Source: Clostridia bacterium (GTDB lineage: Bacteria; Bacillota; Clostridia; Oscillospirales; CAG-272). From it: 64,000 bases of DNA. A program made the position numbers and the translations under genes. Each line of letters opens with the position of its first letter. Within the stretch, counting starts at the first letter, position 1. Below the pieces are notes generated by a model. It did not search any database. It was given only the letters and a program-made list of their open reading frames with translations, and was not told where the DNA came from. Positions 8,765 to 17,308 of this stretch are shown here, piece after piece. Location of the stretch: contig JAGBCV010000006.1 of assembly GCA_017937845.1 (NCBI GenBank), positions 1-64,000 on the forward strand. The letters are read 5' to 3'.

Positions 8765-10231
8765 TCAATTCTCACACCCAAAAAGCAATGAATCATTTCC
8801 TTTTTTCTCTTGAATCTCATTCCATTTCACTTGATATTCTCGTCCGTTTCGCAAAATAACAAACGAAAATATCTTTTCGGTGTTTTTCAACCGTACCTCT
8901 GCCCGATCTTCATATACCGTCATATCATCTAAAATCTCCCGAAAAAAGCCTTCTTCGGAAATCGAAAGCTGCAATACCTTCTCCATTTCCGAAAGCCGTT
9001 CTTCCCTTTTATAAAAATGCGCCCTTTCCGAAAGATATTCCTCTCTTGAAATATCCCCCAAAAGATAAAGCTCCCGTAATTTTTTCGTGCATAACTCGTT
9101 TCGTTTCGTAAGCTTTGCCCAAAGGAGCGCCATGACCGCTTGCTTTGCCATATCAATTTCATTTTGAACATTCGCAAGCGTAAGCGAAAGCATCTCTGAA
9201 ACGATATCGTTTTTGATCGAAACAGATGCGTGCTTCCCTTGGCATCGCCAAAGATGATAAATGCCGTTTTTTCGTTTTTGCACCCTTGCCGTCAGAATTT
9301 TCCCGCAAATGCCGCATCGAAGCTTTCCCGAAAAGGGATAGACCGTGCTGTGTTTTTCGCGTACGTTCTTCGTTTTTCGTTCCGATAAAAGCGCCTGCGC
9401 CCGTTCAAAGATTTCCCCGGAAACAATGGGCGTGTGGTGATTTTGAATCACGATCAATTCTTCCTCGCCGTGGTTGTATTTCTTCTCATGCGAAAGATAA
9501 TCCGGCGTGATCGTCTTTTTTTGCACGAGATCACCGCAATATTTCTCATTTTTCAGTATCCGCAAAATGACGGAGGGACTCCATGTTTTTGCGCTTTTGG
9601 GGGATATTCCCACGTCGGAAAGATATCTTGCGATCTCGGAAATGCTTCGCTTTTCTTCACAAAACAGCCGAAAAATGTACCGTACTGTTTCCGCGCCGTT
9701 CTCATTTACGGTCATTTCCCCGTTTTTCACGTCATATCCAAGCAAGCTATGCCCAAAGACCACACCGTTTTCCATGCGCCGTTTCTGTCCCCATTTCACA
9801 CGCTCGGAGGTTCTTCTGCTCTCCTCTTGCGCGATGGAGGAAAGAATCGCCAACCGAAGCTCCGCATCGGCTTCTCTCGTATCAATGCCATCATTCAGAA
9901 AACATACGCCAACACCAAGATGTTTCAGCTCTCTCGTATAAGAAATGCTATCCAAAATATTCCGCGCAAATCGTGAAATTTCTTTTGTCAGAATCAGTTC
10001 AAATTTACCGTCGCGGGCATCTCGCATCATGCGCTTGAAGGCTTCCCTTTTTTTCACGTTCGTTCCCGTCGTTCCCTCGTCGGCGTAAATTTCATATAAA
10101 TTCCATTCGGGATTTTTTTCGATATATTCCCCGAAAAAACGCTTTTGACTTTCAAAGGAGCTTGCCTGTTCTCCCCTGTCTGTGGAAACACGGCAATAGG
10201 CGGCGACGTACTTTTTTTCATTCGATATCAT
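8765..10231 (-). CDS. Large serine recombinase (resolvase domain + recombinase domain + zinc ribbon)
   Basis: N-terminal YCRVSTDRGEQ...SFESQ catalytic Ser motif. 488 aa with a central recombinase domain and CGICG...C zinc ribbon. Sized like SpoIVCA/TnpX-type recombinases. Confidence 0.85.
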   Translation of the reverse strand: MISNEKKYVAAYCRVSTDRGEQASSFESQKRFFGEYIEKNPEWNLYEIYADEGTTGTNVKKREAFKRMMRDARDGKFELILTKEISRFARNILDSISYTRELKHLGVGVCFLNDGIDTREADAELRLAILSSIAQEESRRTSERVKWGQKRRMENGVVFGHSLLGYDVKNGEMTVNENGAETVRYIFRLFCEEKRSISEIARYLSDVGISPKSAKTWSPSVILRILKNEKYCGDLVQKKTITPDYLSHEKKYNHGEEELIVIQNHHTPIVSGEIFERAQALLSERKTKNVREKHSTVYPFSGKLRCGICGKILTARVQKRKNGIYHLWRCQGKHASVSIKNDIVSEMLSLTLANVQNEIDMAKQAVMALLWAKLTKRNELCTKKLRELYLLGDISREEYLSERAHFYKREERLSEMEKVLQLSISEEGFFREILDDMTVYEDRAEVRLKNTEKIFSFVILRNGREYQVKWNEIQEKKGNDSLLFGCEN

Positions 10232-10426
10232 CGGTTTGCGTCCTCATTTTTTCGCGCAAAGGTGCCGTAAAGTGCAAAAATTCCTCCTCCGAGAGCAGTT
10301 TTTTCTCCCATAACACCGCAAAAAATGCATACTGAATCCGCCAAAAAAGCAATCTTTCCATGACTTCACCTCCAAAAAAATACTACCTCATTTTATGAAG
10401 GCTTTCGGTTTTTCAGTCCAAAAAAC

Positions 10427-10858
10427 GCCATATTGTTTGCGCTTGTAGGTACAGAAGAACTCGCCCATCTCGAAATGATTGCAGCGATCCTGTATCAGCT
10501 CACGCGCAATCTCACCCCCGAGGAAATCAAAAAAACGGGCTTTGACACCTATTTTGTCGACCATACCGCGGGAATTTATCCTCAATCCGCAGGCGGAACA
10601 CCGTTTACTGCCGCTTATATCGGCATCAAGGGCGACGTTTTCGCCGATTTGAACGAGGATCTGGCGGCAGAACAGAAGGCGCGTGTAACGTATGATAACA
10701 TTCTTCGTCTCGTAGATGACCCCGACGTCCGTGACCCCATCAAATTCCTCCGCCAAAGAGAGATCACTCATTATCAGCGGTTCGGTGATGCACTTCGTAT
10801 CGCGCAGGATCATGCAGACTGCAAGAATTTTTATGCATATAACCCTGCATTTGACTGA
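10427..10858 (+). pseudogene. cotJC: C-terminal segment of the split CotJC-like Mn catalase gene
   Basis: LVGTEELAHLEMIAAILYQLTRNLTPEEIKKTGF...FTAAYIGIKGDVFADLNEDLAAEQKARVTYDNILRLVDDPDVRDPIKFLRQREITHYQRF aligns along its length with CotJC (IGTEEFAHLEMIATMVYKLT...FLREREIVHSMRF). Upstream in-frame sequence is unrelated, with a stop at 10361. Confidence 0.75.
10448..10457. repeat. Right copy of the 10-bp direct repeat GGTACAGAAG (putative attR core)
   Basis: Identical to 1790-1799. Lies in frame at the GTEE codons of the catalase C-terminal segment. Confidence 0.6.
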
Positions 10859-10934
10859 GCGTAAGTAATTTTCCCAAAAATTGACGGCGATTCTCTGTGT
10901 GAGAATCGCCGTTTCTGTATGAAGAAAACTATCA

Positions 10935-11177
10935 CTATTTTCGATATTTATTATAAAAATCAATCATCAATTTTTCAATTACTTCAAAATCAAATGTTGG
11001 AACTGGACGATGATTACTTTTCGACATCCTGCCACCAAGATTATGTCCAGCGGCGGTTAATGTCCAATCATCAAAGTTATCTTTGATGACTAAGCCCATA
11101 TCCTTCCACATACCATAAACCCACTCGGTGCTCATTCCTACCGCTCTACCTACGAAACGTGCTGACATTCTACTCAT
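10935..11177 (-). CDS. Hypothetical small protein (80 aa), low GC
   Basis: Tightly packed with two upstream genes on the same strand. No recognisable domain. Confidence 0.4.
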   Translation of the reverse strand: MSRMSARFVGRAVGMSTEWVYGMWKDMGLVIKDNFDDWTLTAAGHNLGGRMSKSNHRPVPTFDFEVIEKLMIDFYNKYRK

Positions 11178-11189
11178 AAATTACTCCTT

Positions 11190-11417
11190 TCAATCATCGT
11201 TGGAAAGATACCAACCGTGTTCTCTACGAGGAAGATTCAACGGAAAACGACTGGAAATTGTATTCACAATATCAATTCTCTTAAGATCGAGTTGCAAATA
11301 GTCCTCTGAATCATAATCCATGTCATTGAGAACGGATCGCATATCCGCCTCAACAGAGCGAAGCTCTTTTTCGGTTGCACTTTGCATCCAAGAATCCGTA
11401 ATATAACTAAATTTCAT
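11190..11417 (-). CDS. Hypothetical small acidic protein (75 aa), low GC
   Basis: 3-bp gap to the upstream gene. No recognisable domain. Confidence 0.4.
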   Translation of the reverse strand: MKFSYITDSWMQSATEKELRSVEADMRSVLNDMDYDSEDYLQLDLKRIDIVNTISSRFPLNLPRREHGWYLSNDD

Positions 11418-11419
11418 GG

Positions 11420-12292
11420 TTAACCCTCCTGCATTAAGATTTGTTTTATCTTATCGGGTTCTTGAATTACAAGAAACTCCAATACAGCTTTCATAAAAAA
11501 TTCAACCGTCTTTCCCCCAAGTACTTTGTTGGTAGCAGCAGTTATATCTGAATCGTAAGAAAATATGGAAACAAATCCGCACGCAAAATCCCATGCCGTT
11601 ATAGTTTCGTCATGACTTACAATCTTACAATAACAAAAAATCTTATGTATAATGCTTTGTACTTCATCGCAAGAGGGACTCAAATGTATCATATCCTTTA
11701 ATTCTAAAATAGCAGATAAATATTCATCTTTGGTTTCTTCACTAAGTTCTGGTACAAGTTCATGAGATAACATTTCAAGTCGGTTAATTTCTGTATCCTC
11801 AATATTCTGAATATCATCAATTTGGGATATATACTCTATTGAACTCAAAACTTTTTGCAATTTTTTATCCTTGTCAAGATATTCGATAAAATCGGTCAGA
11901 TAACTATTGAAATCTGTACTTCCCATCAATACATTTGGAGGATATGGAACAAAACCGACTCCTTTAACATATTTCATAAATTCAATCAAAACTTGAAGTT
12001 CCTTGATTTGTTGTTCATATTTTTGAATTAATTCGTTAAGAGAATCTCTAACACTGATTTTTTCTCCCTGAGTCAAATCTTTTATTTGAGCATAAGAAAG
12101 ACCCATTTTTCGACACAAGTATGCATTCCAAACGATTTCCACTTCTTCTTGCGAATAAGTTCTTGGAGTATAATTTTTATTTATAATCCATTCGTTATCA
12201 TTTCTTTTAGGAGAAATCAAACCTTGTCTTTCGCATTCACGAAGAAAATTTCGGTCAATACCTGCTTTTGTTATATCTTGTGTTTTCATGAT
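11420..12292 (-). CDS. MerR-like HTH protein with a ~200-aa C-terminal domain of unknown function
   Basis: N-terminal ITKAGIDRNFLRECERQGLISP...YSQEEVEIV...GLSYAQIKDL follows the MerR HTH pattern. Start taken at MKTQDIT. Low GC. Confidence 0.5.
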   Translation of the reverse strand: MMKTQDITKAGIDRNFLRECERQGLISPKRNDNEWIINKNYTPRTYSQEEVEIVWNAYLCRKMGLSYAQIKDLTQGEKISVRDSLNELIQKYEQQIKELQVLIEFMKYVKGVGFVPYPPNVLMGSTDFNSYLTDFIEYLDKDKKLQKVLSSIEYISQIDDIQNIEDTEINRLEMLSHELVPELSEETKDEYLSAILELKDMIHLSPSCDEVQSIIHKIFCYCKIVSHDETITAWDFACGFVSIFSYDSDITAATNKVLGGKTVEFFMKAVLEFLVIQEPDKIKQILMQEG

Positions 12293-12371
12293 TTTCCCTC
12301 CTTTGTCTATATTATAATAAATGGTATTACACCGTTTCAATAGCTTTTATAAAAATCATTAAATTTTTTGT

Positions 12372-12453
12372 AATAAATATCCACCCTCATATGAAGTGAT
12401 CCAAAAAGTGTCTATCTTTTGAGGTTCATCTCTATAATGGGTGGATATTTATT
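12372..12453. repeat. Hairpin repeat of the AAATATCCACC(C)...(G)GGTGGATATTT family (15-bp perfect arms, 52-bp loop)
   Basis: aataaatatccaccc at 12372-12386 is the reverse complement of gggtggatatttatt at 12439-12453. Related copies at 18493-18523 and 20028-20066. Confidence 0.55.
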
Positions 12454-12456
12454 ATG

Positions 12457-13749
12457 TTATTGCTCCAGCATGATCTTGATGATTTCTTTATCGGTCTCGC
12501 CCATGCCCTCTCTGGCAAGACGTCCGATGTTGCGTATGGTATTTTCAACGCCTTTCGTCACGATGCCGTCGCCTGCATAGAATTGCCGTCCCGTTTTCGC
12601 CATTTCATAGCCCAAGATGCCTGCTTCGACCGCCATTGCGATCTTCGCGGCACAGGAAGGCTTCGCGCCGTCACAAATCGTACCGGACAAAATCGCTACG
12701 GCGTTTACGATCGTATGGGCAATCTGAGAATACGTACCGCCAAGCAAAAAGGCGATACCTGCACCGCAACCACAGCCCGCACTGATCGCACCGCAATATG
12801 CAGACAGACAACCGATTCCCGCCTTTTGATGCACCGTCACGAGATTCGACACGATCAAAGCACGGAGCAAGCGTTCATGGTCGATGCCATGCTCACGGGC
12901 GTAAATGATAACGGGGACAGAAGCGGTAATGCCTTGGTTGCCGCTGCCGGAAATGATGCAGACCGCCAGCTCACAGCCACTCATGCGCGCATCTGAGCCT
13001 GCGGCGGCATACGCTCTGGCGCGTCTTGCCGTATCGGCAACGCCGATCTGCAAAAGAAGCTTGCCGATCGATGCACCGTAAGAATGTTTCAAGCCCTCCT
13101 CGGCAATCGTCATATTCAGCTCGATCTGCTTTTCCAAATATGGACGAAGCTCATCAAGCGGTACTTCCTCCGCAAACGTCACGATATCCCGCACGTTGAG
13201 AAGATTTTCCCGAAGCTCCTTGGCGGATTCCGCCGTTACGTTTTCATCATGCGTTTCACAATATCGACCGAGCAAGGAAACGTCGTTTCGCGTTACGGCT
13301 ACCACGTTCGTATGGTTTTCCTTGATGCGGACCGTCGCTACGTCATCGCCGCGCTTACCCGTCAGCTTCAGATCAAAGCTGCATCGGGAGTTGAGTTCAT
13401 ATATCTCGATGTTACATTGATCTTTATACGCCGCGATCTGCTCGATATCCTGTTCCTGCAAAACGCCCAAGACCTCAAGCTTCTGCTCGTAAGCATTGGC
13501 GATCACACCGGCAGCAACCGCGCTTTCGATTCCGTGCATACCGCCCGTCGCGGGAACGACGACGCTTTTGACGTTTTTGATGATGTTACCGCTCAGACCT
13601 ACGGAAATCGCTTCCGCTCGACCGCCAAGCACGTCGGTCAAGATAGATGCCGCATATGCAATGGATATCGGCTCTGTGCAACCCATGGCGGGGCGCAATT
13701 CGTCCTTCAGTATCGCAGTATAGCTCGTAATGATGTCAGATGAAAGCAT
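12457..13749 (-). CDS. UPF0597/YhaM-family L-cysteine desulfidase-like protein
   Basis: Conserved AMGCTEPISIAYAAS motif and length. Start chosen at the internal ATG preceded by gaggaaaa RBS. Confidence 0.75.
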   Translation of the reverse strand: MLSSDIITSYTAILKDELRPAMGCTEPISIAYAASILTDVLGGRAEAISVGLSGNIIKNVKSVVVPATGGMHGIESAVAAGVIANAYEQKLEVLGVLQEQDIEQIAAYKDQCNIEIYELNSRCSFDLKLTGKRGDDVATVRIKENHTNVVAVTRNDVSLLGRYCETHDENVTAESAKELRENLLNVRDIVTFAEEVPLDELRPYLEKQIELNMTIAEEGLKHSYGASIGKLLLQIGVADTARRARAYAAAGSDARMSGCELAVCIISGSGNQGITASVPVIIYAREHGIDHERLLRALIVSNLVTVHQKAGIGCLSAYCGAISAGCGCGAGIAFLLGGTYSQIAHTIVNAVAILSGTICDGAKPSCAAKIAMAVEAGILGYEMAKTGRQFYAGDGIVTKGVENTIRNIGRLAREGMGETDKEIIKIMLEQ

Positions 13750-13904
13750 AGTCTTATTTTCCTCACTCAAAAAATCAATATTTATTGCATATAGTTTATC
13801 ATATCCAGCCGTTTTTTTCAATAGACTTTCCTAAGATTCTTATGGGAATCACATTTCAAAGCCAAATTGATTTTTCGGCTGAATGGATTTAATTGGTATT
13901 ATAC

Positions 13905-13933
13905 TTGACTTTTTCGCTTTTATATGCTATAAT
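13905..13933 (+). promoter_or_regulatory. Consensus sigma-A promoter TTGACT-17-TATAAT
   Basis: ttgact at 13905-13910, 17-bp spacer, tataat at 13928-13933 (preceded by tgc). Confidence 0.6.
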
Positions 13934-13998
13934 ATTATCAAAAATAAAGGTATGCTTTATGCGGTGATTCGATAAGGCAGCCTCAGTAGGAGTATATT

Positions 13999-14637
13999 AT
14001 GGCAATTCAACTGTTCGCACTTCCTCATAAGCACAGCAACTTTCCTCTGCGTTTGGCGAAAGGGCATTTTGCCACCAGCCACAGCCACTTGAACTATTAT
14101 ATCGACTTCACGATGTCCAAATATCGTCTTTCTGAGGCTCGTGCCGGCGCGCAGATCCTTTGCAATCAGCTTCCTCTTACACAAATCGTGGATACGATCC
14201 TTTGCTTGGACGGCACCGAGGTGATCGGCGCTTGCATGGCAAGTGAGCTGACCCGCGCCGGCTACGTAAATATGAATGCACATCGTACCATCTACGTCAT
14301 TTCGCCCGAATACACCAGCGGCAGCCAGATGATCTTCCGCGATAACATCGCGCCCATGATCGTCGGTAAGCACGTTTTGGTTTTGGCAGCTTCTCTCGCA
14401 ACCGGTTATACCGCTCGCTCCGCTATCGAAGCGATCCGTTATTATCAAGGTATTCCCGTCGGCGTTTGCTCGATCTTTGCTTGCGTGGAAGAATGTGAAG
14501 GCTTCCCCGTTCGCAGTATCTATAACAAAAACGATATTCCCGATTACGAAAGCCATTCCGCTCACGATTGCCCCTTGTGCAAGGCAGGCATCAAGATCGA
14601 CGGCTTGGTCAACAGCCACGGCATTTCCAGCTTGTAA
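13999..14637 (+). CDS. Hypothetical protein with a degenerate phosphoribosyltransferase-like fold and C-terminal CxxC
   Basis: RBS aggagt. HVLVLAASLATGYTARSAIEAI resembles a PRTase loop but lacks the acidic pair. A spurious 276-aa ORF lies on the opposite strand. Confidence 0.45.
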   Translation: MAIQLFALPHKHSNFPLRLAKGHFATSHSHLNYYIDFTMSKYRLSEARAGAQILCNQLPLTQIVDTILCLDGTEVIGACMASELTRAGYVNMNAHRTIYVISPEYTSGSQMIFRDNIAPMIVGKHVLVLAASLATGYTARSAIEAIRYYQGIPVGVCSIFACVEECEGFPVRSIYNKNDIPDYESHSAHDCPLCKAGIKIDGLVNSHGISSL

Positions 14638-14734
14638 TACATTTTTAAGCCATCCGAGAGGGTGGCTTTTTTTGTACCAAAAACCGAAAATGCGAAAAAT
14701 TCCAAGCGTATTCCCTGCTTTTTTCCGATAAAGA

Positions 14735-14763
14735 TTGATTTTTGGTGCATAATATTGTATACT
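14735..14763 (+). promoter_or_regulatory. Sigma-A-like promoter TTGATT-17-TGtTATACT
   Basis: ttgatt at 14735-14740, 17-bp spacer, extended -10 tgtatact. Confidence 0.5.
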
Positions 14764-14804
14764 GTATATAAATAGAAATTTTTCCACAAAAAGGAGGATA
14801 TCAT

Positions 14805-16199
14805 ATGGGACTTATCAAAGCAGGACTTGGCGCTCTCGGAGGCGTACTTGCCGACCAATGGAAGGAGTTTTTCTATTGTGATGCGATGGACGAGGACGTT
14901 TTGGTCACGAAAGGCCGCAAGCGCGTAAGCGGTCGCTCTTCCAACACCAAGGCATCTGACAATATCATTTCCAACGGCTCGGGGATCGCCGTCGCAGACG
15001 GACAATGTATGATGATCGTTGAGCAAGGCAAGGTCGTGGAGGTTTGCGCGGAACCCGGTGAATTTACCTACGATACATCCACAGAACCATCGATCTTCGC
15101 AGGCTCTCTCGGTCAAAGCATTCTCGATACCTTTAAGGCGATCGGTAAGCGCTTCACCTACGGCGGTGACACAGGCAAAGACCAGAGAATCTATTATTTC
15201 AACACCAAAGAGCTGATCGACAATAAGTTCGGCACGTCGACACCGATCCCCTTCCGCGTTGTGGACCGCAAGATCGGTCTTGACGTTGACGTTTCCGTCC
15301 GTTGCTTCGGCGTATATTCCTATCGCATCGCCGACCCGCTCATGTTCTACACCAACATTTGCGGAAACGTAGAAAGCGAATATACCCGCGACCGCCTTGA
15401 CGGACAGCTCAAAACGGAATTTATCAGCGCGCTTCAGCCTGCCTTCGGCAAGCTTTCCGATATGGAGCTTCGCCCCAATCAAATCATTTCGCACAACACC
15501 GACTTGGAGATCGCCATGAACGAAGCGCTCAGCGCAAAATGGCAACGCCGCGGCTTGCAGGTCGTCAGCGTTGCACTCGGTTCGGTCACGCTTCCCGAGG
15601 AGGATGCGGAAATGATCAAGCAGGCACAGCGTACCGCCATCATGCGCGACCCCACGATGGCTGCCGCGACCATCGTCGGCGCACAGGCTGACGCGATGAA
15701 GGCTGCCGCTTCCAACTCCGCAGGCGCGATGAACGGCTTCGTCGGCATGGGTATGGCAATGAATGCAGGCGGTGTCAACGCGCAAAATCTCTTTGCGATG
15801 GGTCAAACACAGACAAGACAGGAAGCACCTGCCGTATCGCAAAGCGCCAATACTTGGAAATGCACTTGCGGTGCTACGGCAGAGGGCAAGTTCTGCCCCG
15901 AATGCGGCGCAAAGAAGCCCGCGCCCGCGGCTTTGGGCGAATGGACCTGTACTTGCGGCGCAAAAAATACGGGAAAATTCTGCATGGAATGTGGCGCGAA
16001 AAAGCCCGAGGACGGTTGGCTCTGCTCCTGCGGTGCGAAAAACAAGGGTAAATTCTGCCCCGAATGCGGCGCGAGAAAGCCCGCAGGCGTTCCGCAGTAC
16101 CGTTGCGACAAATGCGGTTGGGAACCCAAAAAGGGCGCAAAGCCGCCGAAATTCTGTCCCGAATGCGGCGACCCCTTTGACGACGGAGATATCAAATAA
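14805..16199 (+). CDS. SPFH/band-7 domain protein (YdjI-like) with four tandem C-terminal zinc-ribbon modules
   Basis: RBS aaaggagga. Central SPFH-like region. C-terminus carries 4 tandem CxCG-x7-C-x-ECG-x-KKP modules. Confidence 0.7.
   Translation: MGLIKAGLGALGGVLADQWKEFFYCDAMDEDVLVTKGRKRVSGRSSNTKASDNIISNGSGIAVADGQCMMIVEQGKVVEVCAEPGEFTYDTSTEPSIFAGSLGQSILDTFKAIGKRFTYGGDTGKDQRIYYFNTKELIDNKFGTSTPIPFRVVDRKIGLDVDVSVRCFGVYSYRIADPLMFYTNICGNVESEYTRDRLDGQLKTEFISALQPAFGKLSDMELRPNQIISHNTDLEIAMNEALSAKWQRRGLQVVSVALGSVTLPEEDAEMIKQAQRTAIMRDPTMAAATIVGAQADAMKAAASNSAGAMNGFVGMGMAMNAGGVNAQNLFAMGQTQTRQEAPAVSQSANTWKCTCGATAEGKFCPECGAKKPAPAALGEWTCTCGAKNTGKFCMECGAKKPEDGWLCSCGAKNKGKFCPECGARKPAGVPQYRCDKCGWEPKKGAKPPKFCPECGDPFDDGDIK
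15855..16196 (+). repeat. In-frame tandem repeats encoding zinc-ribbon modules (W.C.CGAK..GKFCPECGAKKP)
   Basis: Four consecutive ~75-87 bp units with conserved tgcggcgc/aaattctgc/gaatgcggcgc strings. Confidence 0.6.
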
Positions 16200-16216
16200 T
16201 CGATCGGAGGTTCATC

Positions 16217-17296
16217 ATGGCAAACGTATTGGAATATAAATGTCCCTGTTGCGGCGGCGCTGTCGCCTTTGACAGTAAGACGCAAAACATGAAATGCCCC
16301 TATTGCGATACGGAATTTGACCCCGAAGCGCTCGCGGAAGATGAAGAAAATGATACCAACCAGGACGATATGCAATGGGAAACTTCTCCCGGCGCCGATT
16401 GGCAGGAGGGCGAAGAAGAATCGCTCCGCGCTTACGTCTGCCATTCCTGCGGCGGTGAGATCGTCAGCGACGAAAATACGGCGGCGACCTCTTGCCCATT
16501 CTGCGGAAATCCCGTCATCATGACGGAAAGACTTTCGGGATCTCTCAAGCCGGATTATATCATTCCCTTCAAAATCGACAAAAAAGCGGCAAAGGATGCT
16601 TTGTTCAAGCATTACCGCGGGAAAAAGCTCCTGCCCAAAATCTTCAAGGACGAAAATCACATCGATGAGGTCAGAGGTATTTACGTGCCGTTCTGGCTTT
16701 TTGATGCAGATGCCGATGCCAATATTCGCTATAAGGCGACCCGCGTGCGCGTTTGGAGCGACAGAAATTACGATTACCGCGAAACGTCGTTCTATTCCAT
16801 TCATCGCGGCGGTTCTTTGGGCTTTGAGCGCGTTCCCGTGGACGGCTCGGAGAAGATGGCGAATGCGCTCATGGAATCCATCGAGCCCTTTGACTTTTCG
16901 GACGCGGTGGATTTTAAGACCGCTTATCTTTCGGGATTTTTGGCGGACAAATACGATGTAGATGCGGAACAGAGCATCAAACGCGCCAACGAACGCATCA
17001 AGACCAGCACGGAATCTGCTTTCGCCTCCACGGTGCATGGCTACGCTTCGGTGATCCCCGAATACAGCAACATTCGTTTGCGCGACGGCAAAGCCAAATA
17101 TGCGCTCTATCCCGTCTGGATCTTGAACACCACGTGGAACGGACAAAAATACACCTTTGCCATGAATGGGCAAACGGGAAAATTCGCAGGCGATCTTCCG
17201 CTCGATAAAAGCGCTTACGCCAAATGGCTCTTTGGGCTGACGGGGATCGGGAGCGCCGCCGCGATGGCGCTCTTCTATCTGCTTTGGCTTATATAA
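16217..17296 (+). CDS. Double zinc-ribbon membrane protein (YdjG-like)
   Basis: N-terminal CPCCGG...CPYCD and CHSCGG...CPFCGN ribbons and a C-terminal TM helix. Translationally coupled position between the SPFH and TPM genes. Confidence 0.55.
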   Translation: MANVLEYKCPCCGGAVAFDSKTQNMKCPYCDTEFDPEALAEDEENDTNQDDMQWETSPGADWQEGEEESLRAYVCHSCGGEIVSDENTAATSCPFCGNPVIMTERLSGSLKPDYIIPFKIDKKAAKDALFKHYRGKKLLPKIFKDENHIDEVRGIYVPFWLFDADADANIRYKATRVRVWSDRNYDYRETSFYSIHRGGSLGFERVPVDGSEKMANALMESIEPFDFSDAVDFKTAYLSGFLADKYDVDAEQSIKRANERIKTSTESAFASTVHGYASVIPEYSNIRLRDGKAKYALYPVWILNTTWNGQKYTFAMNGQTGKFAGDLPLDKSAYAKWLFGLTGIGSAAAMALFYLLWLI

Positions 17297-17308
17297 GGAG
17301 GTTCGGAT

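Larger units (their letters stand above)
1790..10457. mobile_element. ~8.65 kb intervening/integrative element splitting the cotJC-like gene, with a large serine recombinase at its right end
   Basis: Flanked by identical 10-bp direct repeats. Joining the flanks restores a colinear CotJC-like ORF. A 488-aa serine recombinase gene sits 216 bp inside the right end, reading inward (start at 10231). Confidence 0.55.

Noticed and set aside
10388-10963. 191-aa minus-strand ORF overlapping the catalase C-terminal segment
   Set aside because: The plus frame shows strong colinear CotJC homology. The minus frame is featureless.
13957-14787. 276-aa minus-strand ORF
   Set aside because: The overlapping plus-strand gene has a consensus promoter and RBS. 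The minus-strand frame lacks both.
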